From a virus, in the IMG/VR virus record IMGVR_UViG_3300027973_000028, positions 32,001-96,000 of that record: a stretch of 64,000 nt of DNA; one strand, given 5' to 3'. The stretch's first letter is position 1, and each line of letters starts with the position of its first letter. A program made the translations under genes and the position numbers. The notes below the pieces were generated by a model, which was given only the letters and a program-made list of their open reading frames with translations, was not told the origin of the DNA and searched no databases. Of this stretch, positions 49,301-58,875 are shown piece after piece.

Positions 49301-52300
49301 AGATGTATATGGAGTAAAAAAACTCTTTACAGCTCCGCTTGCTTTGCCCGTTGCAAATTGTGCCAATTGACCTGCGGCACTTCTAGCATTGTCGAAAAGC
49401 TGAGCGTCTCTCTTATACGTTAAGAATGCACTGGTATTGAATAGTGTCGATAGTGCTGCGGCTTGAGCTTCAGCAAATTCTGATGCAGGTAATTGTGATT
49501 TAAGTTTTAATATTACATCTTGCATTGCGATGAACATGTCATCTTGTCTACCTCCCAATGCAGGATTACCAGTTAATGCAGCATTGGTTTGCGAAACAAA
49601 TCTAAATATTTCATTTCGCATTTCGTCCATTTTTGTTGAAATGGTCGGAGATCTTCCTGCAAGTTGCGAAGTTGCTAATAAATTACTTTCTCTTTGTAGT
49701 TTTCTTACGTTAGAAAAAGATTGTTCTATAACTCTTGGATCAATGCCCATTTGCCTTGCTTGGGCCTTTAGCATTGGGAGAGAGGCTTCTATTTCATCAG
49801 CAAAGTCAAACATTTCTTTTTGCGTAGTTAGATTTGCTGCACCCTTATTCAGTGGACCAAAAGTAAATAATGACTTATCAAAATCTTCTAGTTGCTTCAT
49901 TACTTTTCTTGGAAGACCATATTGAAAGCTATTCTTTCTTAGGTCATTCATTGCAGTTAGTATTTGTCTTTCTTCAATACCGCTAACTGCTGCACCGGCT
50001 TCATCTATAAAGCTAACTCCACCACCACCAGAGTTCAATCTAATTTTTTTAGATATACTATCTGTTTTAAGTGTTACTTCTTCACCGGTTAATAATTTTG
50101 ATAATATTTTTGGATTATTTACGTCAACATTTCTTTTTTGAAATCTAGATAGAAGACCAAATATAGAGTTTGGTTGCTCAGAATCAACTGCCATTCTGCT
50201 TTTAAATTTAACAGCTCTTTGATTATTGCTAGAATTATTTAATACTCTATCTAAAAATCTAGAACCAGATTGACCAGTTACTTCATATGCCGCTTGACCA
50301 GAAAGACCAGCTGCATACCTGGCATGTCTTGTGAGCATCTCTGTACTGTTAGTTGGAAGTGGTCTATATGTTCCTCTTAATGTTTTTCCAAATGTTGCAC
50401 CAGATTCTGAGTTAACGGAGAAGCTAGTAACTTTTCCTTTTGTGCCAAGGAATCCACCAGTGCTATGCCATATATGGAAATCTGCCTTAGAAGATGCTAA
50501 GTCTCCAAATGGTTGCACCGATCTTCCAGGGCTATACTGAAGTGGACCTCTTCTAGCCATATCAGAAAAAGATCTAAATCCAAATAGATCAGCTGGATTT
50601 AATTTGATTATTGGTATATGAAATTCAGAAGCAAAGAAACTAGCTGTATTTGAAAATGTATTTTTAATCGTACTAAAATCAAGAATATTTCCTGATCTAG
50701 TTTTATATACTCCATCTAATCTATTGAGACCTATTGATTTTGAGACTGGATCATTAATAGCCATTCTTCCAGCAAGGTCTGATATTACTCTTTTTTGCGA
50801 ACTTGGTAGTCCTCTAAATCTATCTTGCTGTATTGCCTCATCTATGAGCAGTGGTTTAAGACCAAATATATTATAGTTTCCACCAAATAAACCAGAAGAT
50901 ATTTGTCTCTTCTCTAAAAGAAACGATCTTAACCCTACAAGATCATTTGGATTAAAGCCTCTATTTGCTAATCCTCTTTTAATGATATCATCTGATACCA
51001 TTCTTCCAGAATCATTTTTAAGTTTTATTCCAAGTACTTGTGCGGTTTTTCTTTGTAGAAACTGTTGTTTTGCCGAACTTAGTGGACCAACAAATTCATT
51101 ATAAACAGCTTTTTGTGGCTTAAGAACTGTTCCAGCAATATCGACTAAATCATTTCTTGAAAATGAGTTCCATTGACTGTTAATTTTGTTTCTCATTCCA
51201 AGTTGGAATTCTTTACTTAAGAATTGAGAATTTGTTTCATCAATAATTTCTTTTAAGAAATTTTGTGGACTTGTTCCTCCAGCAGCGGTGGTTAAAGATT
51301 GTTCAAAACTTTTCCCATGTTTAAGAGTTTTATATTTTTTAAGAACAATATCGTAATATTCACTTTCATCTGCAACAATTGTTGATCGACCTATTGAAAT
51401 TACGTTAGTGGAATGAGAACCTCTTCCAGGAGTATTTACTCTTAATTGATTAACAAAATCGTCTATTGCATCGTCGCCCATAACTCCTTTAGCTCTTAAT
51501 CTCTGAGCAAGAAGGTCTTTATAAGCGGTTGTTTGTCCACCAGTATAGAATTCTGATCTTTGGAAATTCTTATCCCCTGGGCCACCAGCACCAAGTATGG
51601 ATACCTGTCCAGCAAGGCGTGTTAATCTACTTGAATGCTGAGATTGAATTATTTGTATTGACTTTTCAAAAGAATTCCTAGAAGCAGTGCCCACTGCCAT
51701 CGATGCATCAGATATTATCTGATTGTATTTTATTGAACTCTGAAGGGCATCATAAGCTTGCCCTGACATTTTGAATTCTTTATATCCAGATTTTATTGCA
51801 CCGCTTAAACCTCTAAATGCAGGGATAGCATCAAAAGCTCCATATTGTACTGTTCTATTCGTTCCTGGAATTGTAGCTGGAGAATCAAGACCAAATGCAA
51901 AAGCTTTTACAGCTGCCATTGCCCTTTGTGCTGAACTTGAATTTTTTGCTCTAGCTGCATCAGCGGCAATTACTGGACCATGCCTAGCGTCATATAGAGA
52001 CTGAACAAACCTCGGTTGTTCCTTAAACGCCTCAGCAGCTGCGTTAAATCCACCACTTAACTGTGATGATTTCTTTAAAAATTTATTAGAGATAGATGCT
52101 GCGTCGTGACCAACTTCAGACAATACCTCAGATAGATCTACAATATTTCTACTAAGAGCTTGCCTTCCTGGGCTCATACTTCTCAGTGAACCCATTGAGT
52201 TCTTGAAATTCATCAATGAACTTCTTGTTGCAGTTGAGCTACTTCCTAGTATTTCAAATGGAAGAACAGTAGTTGCAAGGTTGGTTACCGAAGTCTTAAC

Positions 52301-52966
52301 GAAATCGCTTACTACGTCTACTGGATTATACCAATTTACTTTTTTCTTGTCTTCATTATTGCCAAAAAGATTGTCTGTCAAACCTCTTTGTGTGACATAC
52401 AAAGCTGGAAGTTCATATGGAAGTCTTCTTCCGGCTCTAACTAATCTCTTTTGTATTTCATCTTGCATCGTAAACAATGCAGGGGGTGCGTGAGTTGGGC
52501 CTCTTTGAGCTTGTCTTATTTCGTCTTTTGTAAGATTATAAAGTCTATTAGATTCGCTGTTTACACCTTTATATCCAGTTGTTAATCCTTCTTCAGTTTC
52601 AAATACAAGCTTTGAGTATGGATCAACACCATCTTCGACAAATCTTTTAACACCTTGCAGTTGATCAAGATGTCTTCTTATGTCTGTTATTGTTCTAACT
52701 GAAGAAGTGGCAAAGTCAGTTGTAGAATTCTGTAACTTTTGGGCTAACTTGAGTCCACCCTTTTTCATCATTGCAGACATGACGCCAGCAACGGCTATTG
52801 TTGCTCCTGTATGAGCAAAGAATCTCATGACCGGATGGCCATCTAGGGCCTTTGTTAGTTGACCACTGTTGGGAGAAACACCTTCGGTTTCTCCTTCATT
52901 GAATGATAGATCTCTGGACGTAACACCATAACCTAAGTTATGAATCGGTCCACGATCTCTAATCAA
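46343..52966 (-). CDS. tape-measure-like or ejected giant protein (2207 aa)
   Basis: Directly follows the tail assembly chaperones; A/G/R-rich and helical with Gly-rich hydrophobic stretches; AAGGGG SD. Confidence 0.55.
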   Translation of the reverse strand: MIRDRGPIHNLGYGVTSRDLSFNEGETEGVSPNSGQLTKALDGHPVMRFFAHTGATIAVAGVMSAMMKKGGLKLAQKLQNSTTDFATSSVRTITDIRRHLDQLQGVKRFVEDGVDPYSKLVFETEEGLTTGYKGVNSESNRLYNLTKDEIRQAQRGPTHAPPALFTMQDEIQKRLVRAGRRLPYELPALYVTQRGLTDNLFGNNEDKKKVNWYNPVDVVSDFVKTSVTNLATTVLPFEILGSSSTATRSSLMNFKNSMGSLRSMSPGRQALSRNIVDLSEVLSEVGHDAASISNKFLKKSSQLSGGFNAAAEAFKEQPRFVQSLYDARHGPVIAADAARAKNSSSAQRAMAAVKAFAFGLDSPATIPGTNRTVQYGAFDAIPAFRGLSGAIKSGYKEFKMSGQAYDALQSSIKYNQIISDASMAVGTASRNSFEKSIQIIQSQHSSRLTRLAGQVSILGAGGPGDKNFQRSEFYTGGQTTAYKDLLAQRLRAKGVMGDDAIDDFVNQLRVNTPGRGSHSTNVISIGRSTIVADESEYYDIVLKKYKTLKHGKSFEQSLTTAAGGTSPQNFLKEIIDETNSQFLSKEFQLGMRNKINSQWNSFSRNDLVDIAGTVLKPQKAVYNEFVGPLSSAKQQFLQRKTAQVLGIKLKNDSGRMVSDDIIKRGLANRGFNPNDLVGLRSFLLEKRQISSGLFGGNYNIFGLKPLLIDEAIQQDRFRGLPSSQKRVISDLAGRMAINDPVSKSIGLNRLDGVYKTRSGNILDFSTIKNTFSNTASFFASEFHIPIIKLNPADLFGFRSFSDMARRGPLQYSPGRSVQPFGDLASSKADFHIWHSTGGFLGTKGKVTSFSVNSESGATFGKTLRGTYRPLPTNSTEMLTRHARYAAGLSGQAAYEVTGQSGSRFLDRVLNNSSNNQRAVKFKSRMAVDSEQPNSIFGLLSRFQKRNVDVNNPKILSKLLTGEEVTLKTDSISKKIRLNSGGGGVSFIDEAGAAVSGIEERQILTAMNDLRKNSFQYGLPRKVMKQLEDFDKSLFTFGPLNKGAANLTTQKEMFDFADEIEASLPMLKAQARQMGIDPRVIEQSFSNVRKLQRESNLLATSQLAGRSPTISTKMDEMRNEIFRFVSQTNAALTGNPALGGRQDDMFIAMQDVILKLKSQLPASEFAEAQAAALSTLFNTSAFLTYKRDAQLFDNARSAAGQLAQFATGKASGAVKSFFTPYTSGSASVISTNIKRPFSSFLPPFKKAFGTAPYKIGELSTDVLGSGQKVTFVPTFGTVFEKNPFGAIKSALGLTTYSDPSSYSTASTPISQGVERLNRYFGTLGMQLDVSKFKGPLDLYARGMVGKRVLPIYAAGTAAFTADRMLGGALGPEDNYGEKTYSPFVTTKVARGIVETQAIAAGLTPGGMTKEEKKEQLLDGEVPIRQGRYWPLGNTPFKGGKIQYYRPSWYRKLQGGALFTSDTYGSPAEKFLFNNDISPLRPLDPYRFERKHYEDRPYPITGEYFTGPFGPINTVLNATVGRVLKPQVAMHQQEVMQGLGQYVPAGQYGAYDASAYNAGMGGGSNVIPITRGAGGGPGGSYSSAMVSSQVGGSNANLRGAAQYPLNTARGMTRNSIAGLNQPLMQMSYGPPKQRGIMPPRVASAGQPIESDLSGEFGYRAQEMAGIYGFGFASLREKFGFGQGDFEPNKAMLQSASKGYGTSRAFWDLNLGGLGDVPIPAQGALGNIEFSEIVRRFIPKERTGIDYINPIANTMGKQYPFMPGPEYYINFQTGDPFTKVQEGEVRLPGRGYERFNRISADETGKYGLVDQFKILADVAPYSQQFKSLNSMMDKMALSPDQKIKVQEIRGRVEETTSKYDFTPYPDQKNTVGGSIGRMQRLGEYIAHRDTLFNTKFLNKRTATEDWERRNVYGATFPQWQRPFESFIEPMLNKATQRDPLTAAAALGVTGSFFGRTPKAKLFGSAVGTLVGGGVSAISQLSQKLTGQRYMPLQRKKELALEEYSDILTYTKNTRLASMAQQAGDSAAANQYRQTAKRTMYGADLYGMPIDMLKLAIPKRKREHFVEMLNAPAPERERILSTAGRLERRIYEAAWGMPVEEKPDLAEYFQRHQLPDLSWEGWHPNTNMDHVKVKIGQSMGLEMSQMGYYPQQIKEANLANPSYPVFDSSSARTDVLYRLRQIMSGAGVSGTVTPVMNPFGSNEISIAAGMR

Positions 52967-52984
52967 TTTAATTCCCCTTGGTTA

Positions 52985-53614
52985 TTATTGCATACCCCAA
53001 AGCTTTTGGGCTATTGGGTCTTGGTAATCTGCTTCTCCTGTTTTCTTGGAAAGATTATGCCTTGCCGCTGACTGCTTTTGTTTTGCGGATTCTTCTTCCG
53101 GATCTATTAGCTGAAGAGTAATATTGGTTGATTCAATTCCATTTATATTTTGTTTTATTTCTATAATTTTCTCAGATAGGGCAACCATTTCTGCCAATTG
53201 AGAGAAAGTCATCTTATCTAAGTCCTCAGGAGAGTATGTAGTTATAGTAGCCAAAACAAAGGCTTTCATTAAGCTTCTTACTTCATTAGCTTTTTCTCTT
53301 TTAGATTCCAATATTTGCTTAGCTAAACCAGCGGAGAAGAATCCAGAAAAGTCCATTATCTCTTGAGCCAAAGAAGAGATTAATCCAGGCTGGATTGCAT
53401 CTACAGAAAAGTTGTCAGGATATACAACGGCACAATTAATAATTAAATCTTCTGCGTCTAAAGAAGATGTTTCTTCAGAATTTTTATATTCAAGAATTTT
53501 GTCATATTCATCGAATGTTAATTCTCTAAAAATTACTTCTTGATTTTTTAGATTAACACTGAATATAGAACCATGTTTCTTTTTAAGTTCATAAAGCTTT
53601 TCAGGTTCTATCAT
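52985..53614 (-). CDS. tail assembly chaperone-like protein 2
   Basis: KKKHGSIF...VIFRELTFDEY...CAVVYP...GLISSLAQEIMDFSGF, paralogous to the upstream gene; lies between tube and tape-measure genes. Confidence 0.65.
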   Translation of the reverse strand: MIEPEKLYELKKKHGSIFSVNLKNQEVIFRELTFDEYDKILEYKNSEETSSLDAEDLIINCAVVYPDNFSVDAIQPGLISSLAQEIMDFSGFFSAGLAKQILESKREKANEVRSLMKAFVLATITTYSPEDLDKMTFSQLAEMVALSEKIIEIKQNINGIESTNITLQLIDPEEESAKQKQSAARHNLSKKTGEADYQDPIAQKLWGMQ

Positions 53615-53623
53615 GTTCTAAAA

Positions 53624-54139
53624 TTATAACTGTCTTACTTCCAAAGCGACGAATCCGGAAGCCTCTAACACTTCTTGGGAAATCAAAGATGGAATACCAG
53701 CCATAATACCCTTCATCTCTATTTTGTCGTACTGTGGATAAAGAATACACAGTTCAGCAATTGCTTCTTCATTCCACATGTTAGCTTCAGCTGAAGTTAA
53801 CTGACCAGCTTGAACAAGTTGTTCCATTTTTTTAACAAGGTTTTTATACTCAAGTCTATTGAGAACTCTCCACACAATATGCTTGTCAAAGGTAATTGAT
53901 GTAACATACACTTCGCCAAATTGTTCTTTCCATGTTTTGATCATTCCGGCATTAGGGCCACCGTCCCATATTTCCTGATCATCAGGAAGAGACTCAACAC
54001 TTACTGGCTCTTCAACTACGAGTTCAGTGTCTACATTTTCTCCAGCTGGACCTTCAACTGTTACCTCTGTTACTTCATCGGCTCCAATTTGTTCTGCTAA
54101 TTCTGCGTTGCCTTTGATAGTTACTTTTCTTCCTGTCAT
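53624..54139 (-). CDS. tail assembly chaperone-like protein 1
   Basis: WKEQFGEVY...IVWRVLNRLEY...LCILYP...GIPSLISQEVLEASGF; AAGGAG SD. Confidence 0.7.
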   Translation of the reverse strand: MTGRKVTIKGNAELAEQIGADEVTEVTVEGPAGENVDTELVVEEPVSVESLPDDQEIWDGGPNAGMIKTWKEQFGEVYVTSITFDKHIVWRVLNRLEYKNLVKKMEQLVQAGQLTSAEANMWNEEAIAELCILYPQYDKIEMKGIMAGIPSLISQEVLEASGFVALEVRQL

Positions 54140-54170
54140 TTTTTCTCCTTAGATAAAAGAATCACGATAC

Positions 54171-54199
54171 ATTATACATCATATATTTTTATATTACAA
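54171..54199 (-). promoter_or_regulatory. sigma70-type promoter TTGTAA-N17-TATAAT
   Basis: Minus strand reads TTGTAA TATAAAAATATATGATG TATAAT upstream of chaperone 1. Confidence 0.55.
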
Positions 54200-54216
54200 A
54201 TTTAAGTATTAATTAT

Positions 54217-55209
54217 CTACAAAAAGATATTTGGGTTTTCATTTCTTGAAGAAGAATTATAGTTTGTTGCGGTTTGTGTTGCAACCCCGTTCTGGAATAA
54301 AGAAACAGTAGGCTCATCTGAGCTATTGGTTGTTGTGGTATTTTTAATAAAACCTAAATCAACTTCACTAAAATAATAATCTCTAGCCATAAACTGATAA
54401 TTTTCTACCAATGGTGAACCGCCAGATGCATAGGCAGTTGTCATGCTCATTAGTTGAATCTCCTGTAATACTATTTTCATTGGGCTAGCTTGGTTATTGG
54501 TGTTTGGTTTAATCAATCTTTCATTGACATCAGAAATCATCATTCTGTCTAAATTAGATTCTATAACTTTATCTTCTGCTTTTAAATAATCTTTTGCTGT
54601 TGTTGAAACTTCTTCAACTCCATAAAGTATAATAAAATTAAATGGTGGGTGAGCACTGAATATATTTTTATCTGAATCTACAACATTTTTAGAAAATGGA
54701 TCGGTAGATATTCTATCTAACTGACTATATGCCCAATATTTTTGAATATTTTTTTCGTCTTGTAAGCTCCTTACTGAGGAGCTAGACGAACCATAATCTA
54801 TATTTCTTAAAGTAGATTTAATTAAAGAATCATCTTTTCTTGGGTCTGGTTGCTGCGTTCTTGCCCTTGCAGCTTCTTCTATCAAATCTGTCATTCTTCT
54901 TGGGTATCTTGTATATATTGAAAATTCTCCAGTTATAATTCTTGTACCATACATCATGGCATCATAATTGTAAGACCAAAAACCATATAGTGGTTGCTTT
55001 TCTTGTCTTATATTGTAAGACAATGCAGCTATGTCTAGTTCGTATTCTTCAGAAAACAATCCGTCAATATAAACCTTAATGTCTTCTCCGCTAAAAAAGT
55101 AATCATAATAACTATTGAATGAATTTTTTTCTGTGGTGGGGCTACCCGACCATATCAAGTCTAATTGATTAGACAGCGGATCAAATCTTTCGTTTCTATT
55201 ACCGGCCAT
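54217..55209 (-). CDS. tail tube paralog 3 (likely baseplate-proximal tube initiator)
   Basis: FSGEDI...LSYNIRQEKQPLYG...GTRIITGEF...HPPFNFI...YQFMARD, homologous to the tube gene. Confidence 0.7.
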   Translation of the reverse strand: MAGNRNERFDPLSNQLDLIWSGSPTTEKNSFNSYYDYFFSGEDIKVYIDGLFSEEYELDIAALSYNIRQEKQPLYGFWSYNYDAMMYGTRIITGEFSIYTRYPRRMTDLIEEAARARTQQPDPRKDDSLIKSTLRNIDYGSSSSSVRSLQDEKNIQKYWAYSQLDRISTDPFSKNVVDSDKNIFSAHPPFNFIILYGVEEVSTTAKDYLKAEDKVIESNLDRMMISDVNERLIKPNTNNQASPMKIVLQEIQLMSMTTAYASGGSPLVENYQFMARDYYFSEVDLGFIKNTTTTNSSDEPTVSLFQNGVATQTATNYNSSSRNENPNIFL

Positions 55210-55218
55210 TTTTACCTA

Positions 55219-55926
55219 CTAAAGAGTGTAAATTTCATCTATAAAGTTTTGATAAAGAGTAGTTACGCCTACCCCTTCAATGTTGTCCCCAAATATATTT
55301 CTATTTCTTTGAGCTGCTCTTTGAGCATCTTCGTCTGGCATCTTCATCATTTCTTTTTCATTAATCATCTTAGTCATTGGCTGAATGCCTCTAGCCATAA
55401 ACGTATATGTTTGTTCAGTCATTATATCATCAATCGACATGGTTTGACCTTCGTCGACTATGGTCACTCCATATATTTTCATCTTTGAAGCATTGCCGTA
55501 TTCATTAAAAAAAGTAAATACAATATCAAATGGTGGAAGCATGTCTGCTAATGGTGAAAAAAAACCGTTAGTTCTGGACAGATAATCTTCATACTCTTTA
55601 ATTTTATACCAAGTGTATTCATTAAATACAGTAAATATTAATGATCCAGCTATAGTTCTAGATCCCTTAACAAAGCCTCTCACATTTGAGTGACCCAATG
55701 TTCTTATTGGAGTATTCTCTCTATGGATTGAATAGGATACAGTTTGCAGATCACCTATTTCGAGATAGTCTCCAGCTGTATTGGCGGTTCCCATCGGAGG
55801 CAAAATCATTGTGGCGACAATGTCTGCTCCAGCGTATGATACATTATTTAATGCATCATTTATATTAAACGATCCATCCTTTGGATTGACAGAAGAAATG
55901 GTATACGTTTTACTGGCTTGTGCCAT
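55219..55926 (-). CDS. tail tube paralog 2
   Basis: YAGADIVAT...SYSIHRENTPI...KGSRTIAGSLIFTVF...ADMLPPFDI..FNEYGN...DDIMTEQTYTFMAR. Confidence 0.75.
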   Translation of the reverse strand: MAQASKTYTISSVNPKDGSFNINDALNNVSYAGADIVATMILPPMGTANTAGDYLEIGDLQTVSYSIHRENTPIRTLGHSNVRGFVKGSRTIAGSLIFTVFNEYTWYKIKEYEDYLSRTNGFFSPLADMLPPFDIVFTFFNEYGNASKMKIYGVTIVDEGQTMSIDDIMTEQTYTFMARGIQPMTKMINEKEMMKMPDEDAQRAAQRNRNIFGDNIEGVGVTTLYQNFIDEIYTL

Positions 55927-55945
55927 TTTATCTCCTAAATAGAAC

Positions 55946-55977
55946 AGTGCATGAAGGGAGTCTTCCCCTCATGCACT
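55946..55977 (-). terminator. intrinsic terminator after the major tail tube gene
   Basis: AGTGCATGAGGGGAA-GA-CTCCCTTCATGCACT hairpin followed by GTTCTATTT. Confidence 0.7.
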
Positions 55978-56002
55978 ACTCAGAATTATTATTAAGATCT
56001 AG

Positions 56003-56695
56003 TTATGGACGAATTATATCTGTTCTCATACCCTTTACGGCGTTTCCACTCATAATATCAGAAAGATTGCTTTGATCTTTTTGCAGAGCAGATGTCTCAA
56101 TGGTGTACATTGGTCCAAGTTCTCTAGCAACGTAGGTCATTGTTTCTTCAATTACTATGTCATCCATCGATGCTCCCGAACCTTCGTTCAAAAGCTCAAC
56201 TCCGTAAATTGATCTTACTGCTGCGTTTCCGTATTCGTTAACAAATGTAACTGTGATATCGAATGGTGGAATTTGGTCTGCGTAGTAGGGGACCTTTTTT
56301 TGAACATCTCTTGTCCAGTTATTTCTTCCTTCTGCTCCAATTCCTGGGATTCCTCTTCCCATTGCATTGGTGTCACCCGGAAGTGTGTTGTGGGCTCTTG
56401 TGAAGAAGTCCATAGGCTTATTGTTTGTGTAATTTTTTTCCAACATTGTGTAAAGTGCTGGACGATCAAACACTGTAAAAATTAATGAACCAGCAATACC
56501 ACGCTTACCTCTTGAGAATGAGCGTGGGTTTGGTGAACCCATTGTGTAAATTGGTGCTTTTTCTCTTGTTACAGAGAATGTGATTCCTGAAAGTGCACCT
56601 ATTTCGACACCACCAAATGTGGCTACGATATCTGCACCTGAGAAAGTTGTATATGTGTTTAGATATTTGTTTACTGAATTTGTATCAGAAGCCAT
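56003..56695 (-). CDS. major tail tube protein
   Basis: Follows the sheath gene, has a GGAGG SD and is followed by a terminator; FSGADIVATF...RGKRGIAGSLIFTVF...ADQIPPFDITVTFVNEYG. Confidence 0.8.
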   Translation of the reverse strand: MASDTNSVNKYLNTYTTFSGADIVATFGGVEIGALSGITFSVTREKAPIYTMGSPNPRSFSRGKRGIAGSLIFTVFDRPALYTMLEKNYTNNKPMDFFTRAHNTLPGDTNAMGRGIPGIGAEGRNNWTRDVQKKVPYYADQIPPFDITVTFVNEYGNAAVRSIYGVELLNEGSGASMDDIVIEETMTYVARELGPMYTIETSALQKDQSNLSDIMSGNAVKGMRTDIIRP

Positions 56696-56715
56696 TTTTT
56701 ACCCTCCAATCGGTA

Positions 56716-57963
56716 TTATATATTAACAGCTATTTGAACCTCAATCGATTTTAGTTCGAAAGCAGGTGTGATAATAAGGTCTACAATCGCCTTGTTTAAG
56801 TCTGGAACATATGTGACGTTAAAATCACTTGCCAGCAAGGCTCCTATTAATTGCATTCCTCTTAGTGCTGATGAAATCGCTGTCTCCATTGATGTTCTCA
56901 TTTGGATAGTCGATGGTTCACCAACAAACTTTTGGCATGATTGACGAACAACGTTCGCCGCTTCATCTACAACCCTCTTGGTAGAGAGTCTTGAGTAGTC
57001 AGAACCGGTAGCGGCAAATGTGAGTCCGTCGCCATATACTGCGATTTTATTAAAGTTAAGAACTACTGAGTTTACACCCTTACCCGCAAGTGTCTCTTGC
57101 TGTGTTCTTGTTGGCGCATAACGCATTGCTTCTACGTTGTATATTGGTTTTGCTGTAACTGAAGAGTACGCGGCAAGTTTGCTCAACGATGCTGCCATTG
57201 CGCATGCTCCGTTTGCATAGCCATAATCTTCTCCACCGCTTGTACCATAAGATACCGGTTTAATCTCTGTTGCGATAACGCAAACATAAGGACCATAATC
57301 CTTCATATTTGCGTTATCTCTGCTTACAAGAGTGCTAAGGGCTAGATGCGAGGCAACAGCTGCTGGTGTCATAGTTTCTTTTGTACCAGCATCATATGGC
57401 TTAACACCCAAAATTGAAATACATGGATGTATGTTTTCTGCAATATTCTTAGTCCTAAAAGCCGCCTTGTATGCCCAGCTATTACCATATGCTGTTGCAT
57501 TGTTAGCGTGGAAGCCATACTCTGTGTCGCCAGGAGTTGCTGGAACTTCCCAGTCATCTGAATTCCCGCCCCTGCCCCAAGGAACGATAATATCAGGAAG
57601 AACTGTTTCAGCTGCAGCATACGCAGCATCAAGCATTGCATCTAATGTGTATCCGGTTGCTGTTATGTAACCATCTGTGTGATTAAATGCAGTTGTGCTT
57701 GGAAGTGGAACCATATAGATTCTTTCAGCTCCTGCAGAAATTAATTCTAAAAATGCCTTATGAAGGTCTGAACCTTCACCAAAGGCAGCAATTACATCTT
57801 TTTCAGTTGTGGCCAGAACTATGTCAAGGTCACTAACATTCTCGGTTTCATTTGCAGTGTCTCTTCTTGCTATTACAACAATTCTAGGACCTGCTGGTGT
57901 GTTTGAGCGCGATACACTATAGAAGCGATCTCTGATTATGGTGGTTACTCCAGGAATAGCCAT
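56716..57963 (-). CDS. contractile tail sheath protein
   Basis: MAIPGV N-terminus, DVIAAFGEGSDL, and the sheath C-terminal pattern RVVDEAANVVRQSCQKFVGEP...DLIITPAFELKSIEVQI; GGAGG SD. Confidence 0.85.
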   Translation of the reverse strand: MAIPGVTTIIRDRFYSVSRSNTPAGPRIVVIARRDTANETENVSDLDIVLATTEKDVIAAFGEGSDLHKAFLELISAGAERIYMVPLPSTTAFNHTDGYITATGYTLDAMLDAAYAAAETVLPDIIVPWGRGGNSDDWEVPATPGDTEYGFHANNATAYGNSWAYKAAFRTKNIAENIHPCISILGVKPYDAGTKETMTPAAVASHLALSTLVSRDNANMKDYGPYVCVIATEIKPVSYGTSGGEDYGYANGACAMAASLSKLAAYSSVTAKPIYNVEAMRYAPTRTQQETLAGKGVNSVVLNFNKIAVYGDGLTFAATGSDYSRLSTKRVVDEAANVVRQSCQKFVGEPSTIQMRTSMETAISSALRGMQLIGALLASDFNVTYVPDLNKAIVDLIITPAFELKSIEVQIAVNI

Positions 57964-58010
57964 ATTATCTTTAAACCTCCGACTAAATTATGGGGCATTA
58001 ATTCTTCTTT

Positions 58011-58017
58011 TATAGTA
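58011..58017 (-). promoter_or_regulatory. TACTATA putative late promoter element
   Basis: Intergenic, 48 nt upstream of the sheath start. Confidence 0.55.
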
Positions 58018-58073
58018 ACAGGTAACTTATAAAAATAACTCAACAACCTAATTTAGATCAGTTTTTTATATAC

Positions 58074-58874
58074 TTAATTAAATCCAGGTGTGGCACCCTG
58101 TTGTAGGTCAATAATATTGATACTTATATTGTCATAGTTTGGAGTAGCTTGAACCAATAACTCTGACTCATAGGCCATGCCAGTTCTTACGTCAATTGCA
58201 ATCTGCTCAATGACTTCTGTTCTAGCTGCAAATGTTTTCTCTGTCGTAAGCATGTAGGTTACTGTTCTTTTGTGGATATCTTTAGACTCTCTGTTTACTT
58301 CTGAGTCAGATAATCTTCTTGAATAAATTAATTCTGAAGCTCCTATTCTTTTAAAGATAGGAGTAAATTCCATCATAAAATCTTCGAAAGTTTCGATTAA
58401 AGACTCAACCAAATAAGCGTTATCTTGATCATCAATTCTTTCATTTTGATTTGATCCCGACCTATTTCCTGCTGGTGCGAGTGCATGAAAAGCTATTACA
58501 TTTTGAAATCTTTGCCCGTAAATATATACATTCCCACTAGTTATTTGTCTCATTCTTGGCTTTGGTTCAACAGAATGTGCTTTTCTTAATTCTAGAGAAT
58601 AAGTTATAATTGCTGGTGTATCTTCCATTCTTCCTGTTGTTTGACCAGTAGAGGGATCTACATAGTTTGGATTGAACCAGGTAAAAGATGGGTCAGATGG
58701 AGAAGAGGATTTAATCGGAAAATTAGGAAAAGATTGTTCCCATAAAGATTTAACTGTAGAAATAAATTCTAAATAAGAAAGATTTCCTTCTGACTGAAGG
58801 GGTTCAGCAAACCTTAATTTTGTATATGAATCTGTCCCGCCAAATTTTGGCCAACCCACTGTGTTTTGTGCCAT
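58074..58874 (-). CDS. tail completion/terminator-like protein
   Basis: Lies between neck and sheath genes; has a GQRFQNVIAF...LIETFEDFM...RTVTYML alpha/beta pattern. Confidence 0.55.
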   Translation of the reverse strand: MAQNTVGWPKFGGTDSYTKLRFAEPLQSEGNLSYLEFISTVKSLWEQSFPNFPIKSSSPSDPSFTWFNPNYVDPSTGQTTGRMEDTPAIITYSLELRKAHSVEPKPRMRQITSGNVYIYGQRFQNVIAFHALAPAGNRSGSNQNERIDDQDNAYLVESLIETFEDFMMEFTPIFKRIGASELIYSRRLSDSEVNRESKDIHKRTVTYMLTTEKTFAARTEVIEQIAIDVRTGMAYESELLVQATPNYDNISINIIDLQQGATPGFN

Positions 58875-58875
58875 G

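Noticed and set aside
53600-53660. Classic -1 G/GT tail-chaperone frameshift
   Set aside because: I saw no X-XXY-YYZ slippery heptamer before the stop; the second gene has its own ATG and is a full paralog.
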